The notes beneath the pieces were generated by a model. It worked only from the letters and a program-made list of their open reading frames with translations, did not search any database and was not told where the DNA came from. DNA of 64,000 nucleotides, taken from Narcine bancroftii. Taxonomy: Eukaryota. Made by a program: the position numbers and the translations under genes. The stretch covers positions 108,004,001 to 108,068,000 of the forward strand of contig NC_091477.1 in NCBI RefSeq assembly GCF_036971445.1, read 5' to 3'. Below, one piece after another: positions 62,960 through 64,000 of the stretch. How positions within the stretch are numbered: position 1 is the first letter of the stretch; each line of letters starts with the position of its first letter.

Positions 62960-63390
62960 GAGAATGTGCCTGGGTCCAAGCTATGCACATCTTTTTCTGG
63001 GGTACATGGAATGGTTGGTTTCAGCCCTATTCAGATCTCCTCCCTCAACTCAGTTTTCAATACATATGCTGCTACGTATACTCAAGCTAAACTCTGGAAT
63101 TTCAACACCTACCTCTGAGATGTCTTCCTTTTTAAACCATGGCTTCTTCTCCAGGGGGGAAATGATCCTTGACCACATTTCATATATTTCCACTACCTCT
63201 GCAACCTATCTCCATGACAACTGTGGTTTCACCCTATCAGAGATATTAATTGCTCTATATATTTCTTCTCCACCATCTCTGCAACTTAAAACTAACTTTT
63301 TTTTTTCTTTTCCCTGTTCTAAGGAAGAGTCTTTGGCCCAAAACTGTTTCTCTTTCCACAGATACTGCTTGTCCATTTTCCTCAGCATCC
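62960..63390 (+). mobile_element. Heavily deleted Penelope-like element
   Basis: LGPSYAHLFLGYME (RT motif) and SEMSSF segments, then a decayed terminal repeat (gaagagtctttggcccaaaac..tttccacagatactgc). Confidence 0.65.
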
Positions 63391-64000
63391 TCTGCTTTTA
63401 TTTTATAATAAAAACAAAACCTAGCTGCCTGAACCTCTTTTCACCCTCTCATCTGCTAACTTCACAATCAATGCTCTCAGTAGACCTGGTTCTTTATAAT
63501 CATAAAAGGTTCCTACTTTCCTCATTTGAATGTTTTGGAAGCATACGCATAAAAAGAAAGATCAAGAGCGATATTATAGAGTGGAGCACTGAAATCCAGT
63601 AGGAAGGCATGATTAGAACTTTTAACTTTAGGTTAGAAATCTGTGATTTGTGTTTATACTGAAACTTTTAGATGTGACTTTATGAATAAATCTAAATTTC
63701 CTCATTCATTTCAACCATAGCAGACAATTTCAAGCCCTATGTCAAACCTCTTGAGATTTAAACTGGCTACTTGATTGCTTCAGATGTGTTAAAATACTAT
63801 GACTGGCTGCAAGCTATGGTTGGTGTATTTTTTCACTTTCATATATACTACATACATTACATTGCCTATTTACCAGAAATATTTCAAAATTATGCAACAT
63901 TGCCATTTCATTTGTCTTTTATAAACTTTTATGAGAAAAATTTATTGTTTTATTTCATTTGTGAATCTACTAAGGATTATAGATCCTTTCAGCTTCTCAT

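Noticed and set aside
52745-64000. Search for anosmin exon 2 (short W-C..H..C exon)
   Set aside because: No convincing candidate was seen by eye. The intron probably extends beyond the window.

Overview
This is AT-rich, repeat-dense vertebrate genomic DNA. The repeat set (V-domain SINEs, CR1, Rex1/Babar, L1, RTE, Penelope-like, Gypsy LTR) suggests a cartilaginous fish; that is an inference. There are three protein-coding loci. (1) A complete 7-exon fetuin-A/AHSG-like gene on the minus strand (CDS 25107 to 14070, 372 aa). (2) A divergent tandem fetuin paralog downstream on the same strand, with exons 1-4 at 8582 to 2296 and the rest apparently outside the window; it has CPGCP where fetuin-B has CPDCP. 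(3) Coding exon 1 of an anosmin (ANOS1/KAL1-family) gene on the plus strand in a CpG island (52565-52744), followed directly by about 1.7 kb of 27-bp G-rich minisatellite. The most notable non-genic signals are four. A Gypsy element has no tRNA primer site but carries a 14-nt complement to its own LTR, so it may self-prime. An L1 insertion shows a twin-priming inversion with a 17-bp TSD. A Gmr1-type element has integrase before RT. Penelope-derived repeats carry decayed hammerhead-ribozyme motifs. Most ORFs in the supplied track are transposon remnants or spurious. Comparisons to known proteins are from memory, not from a search.
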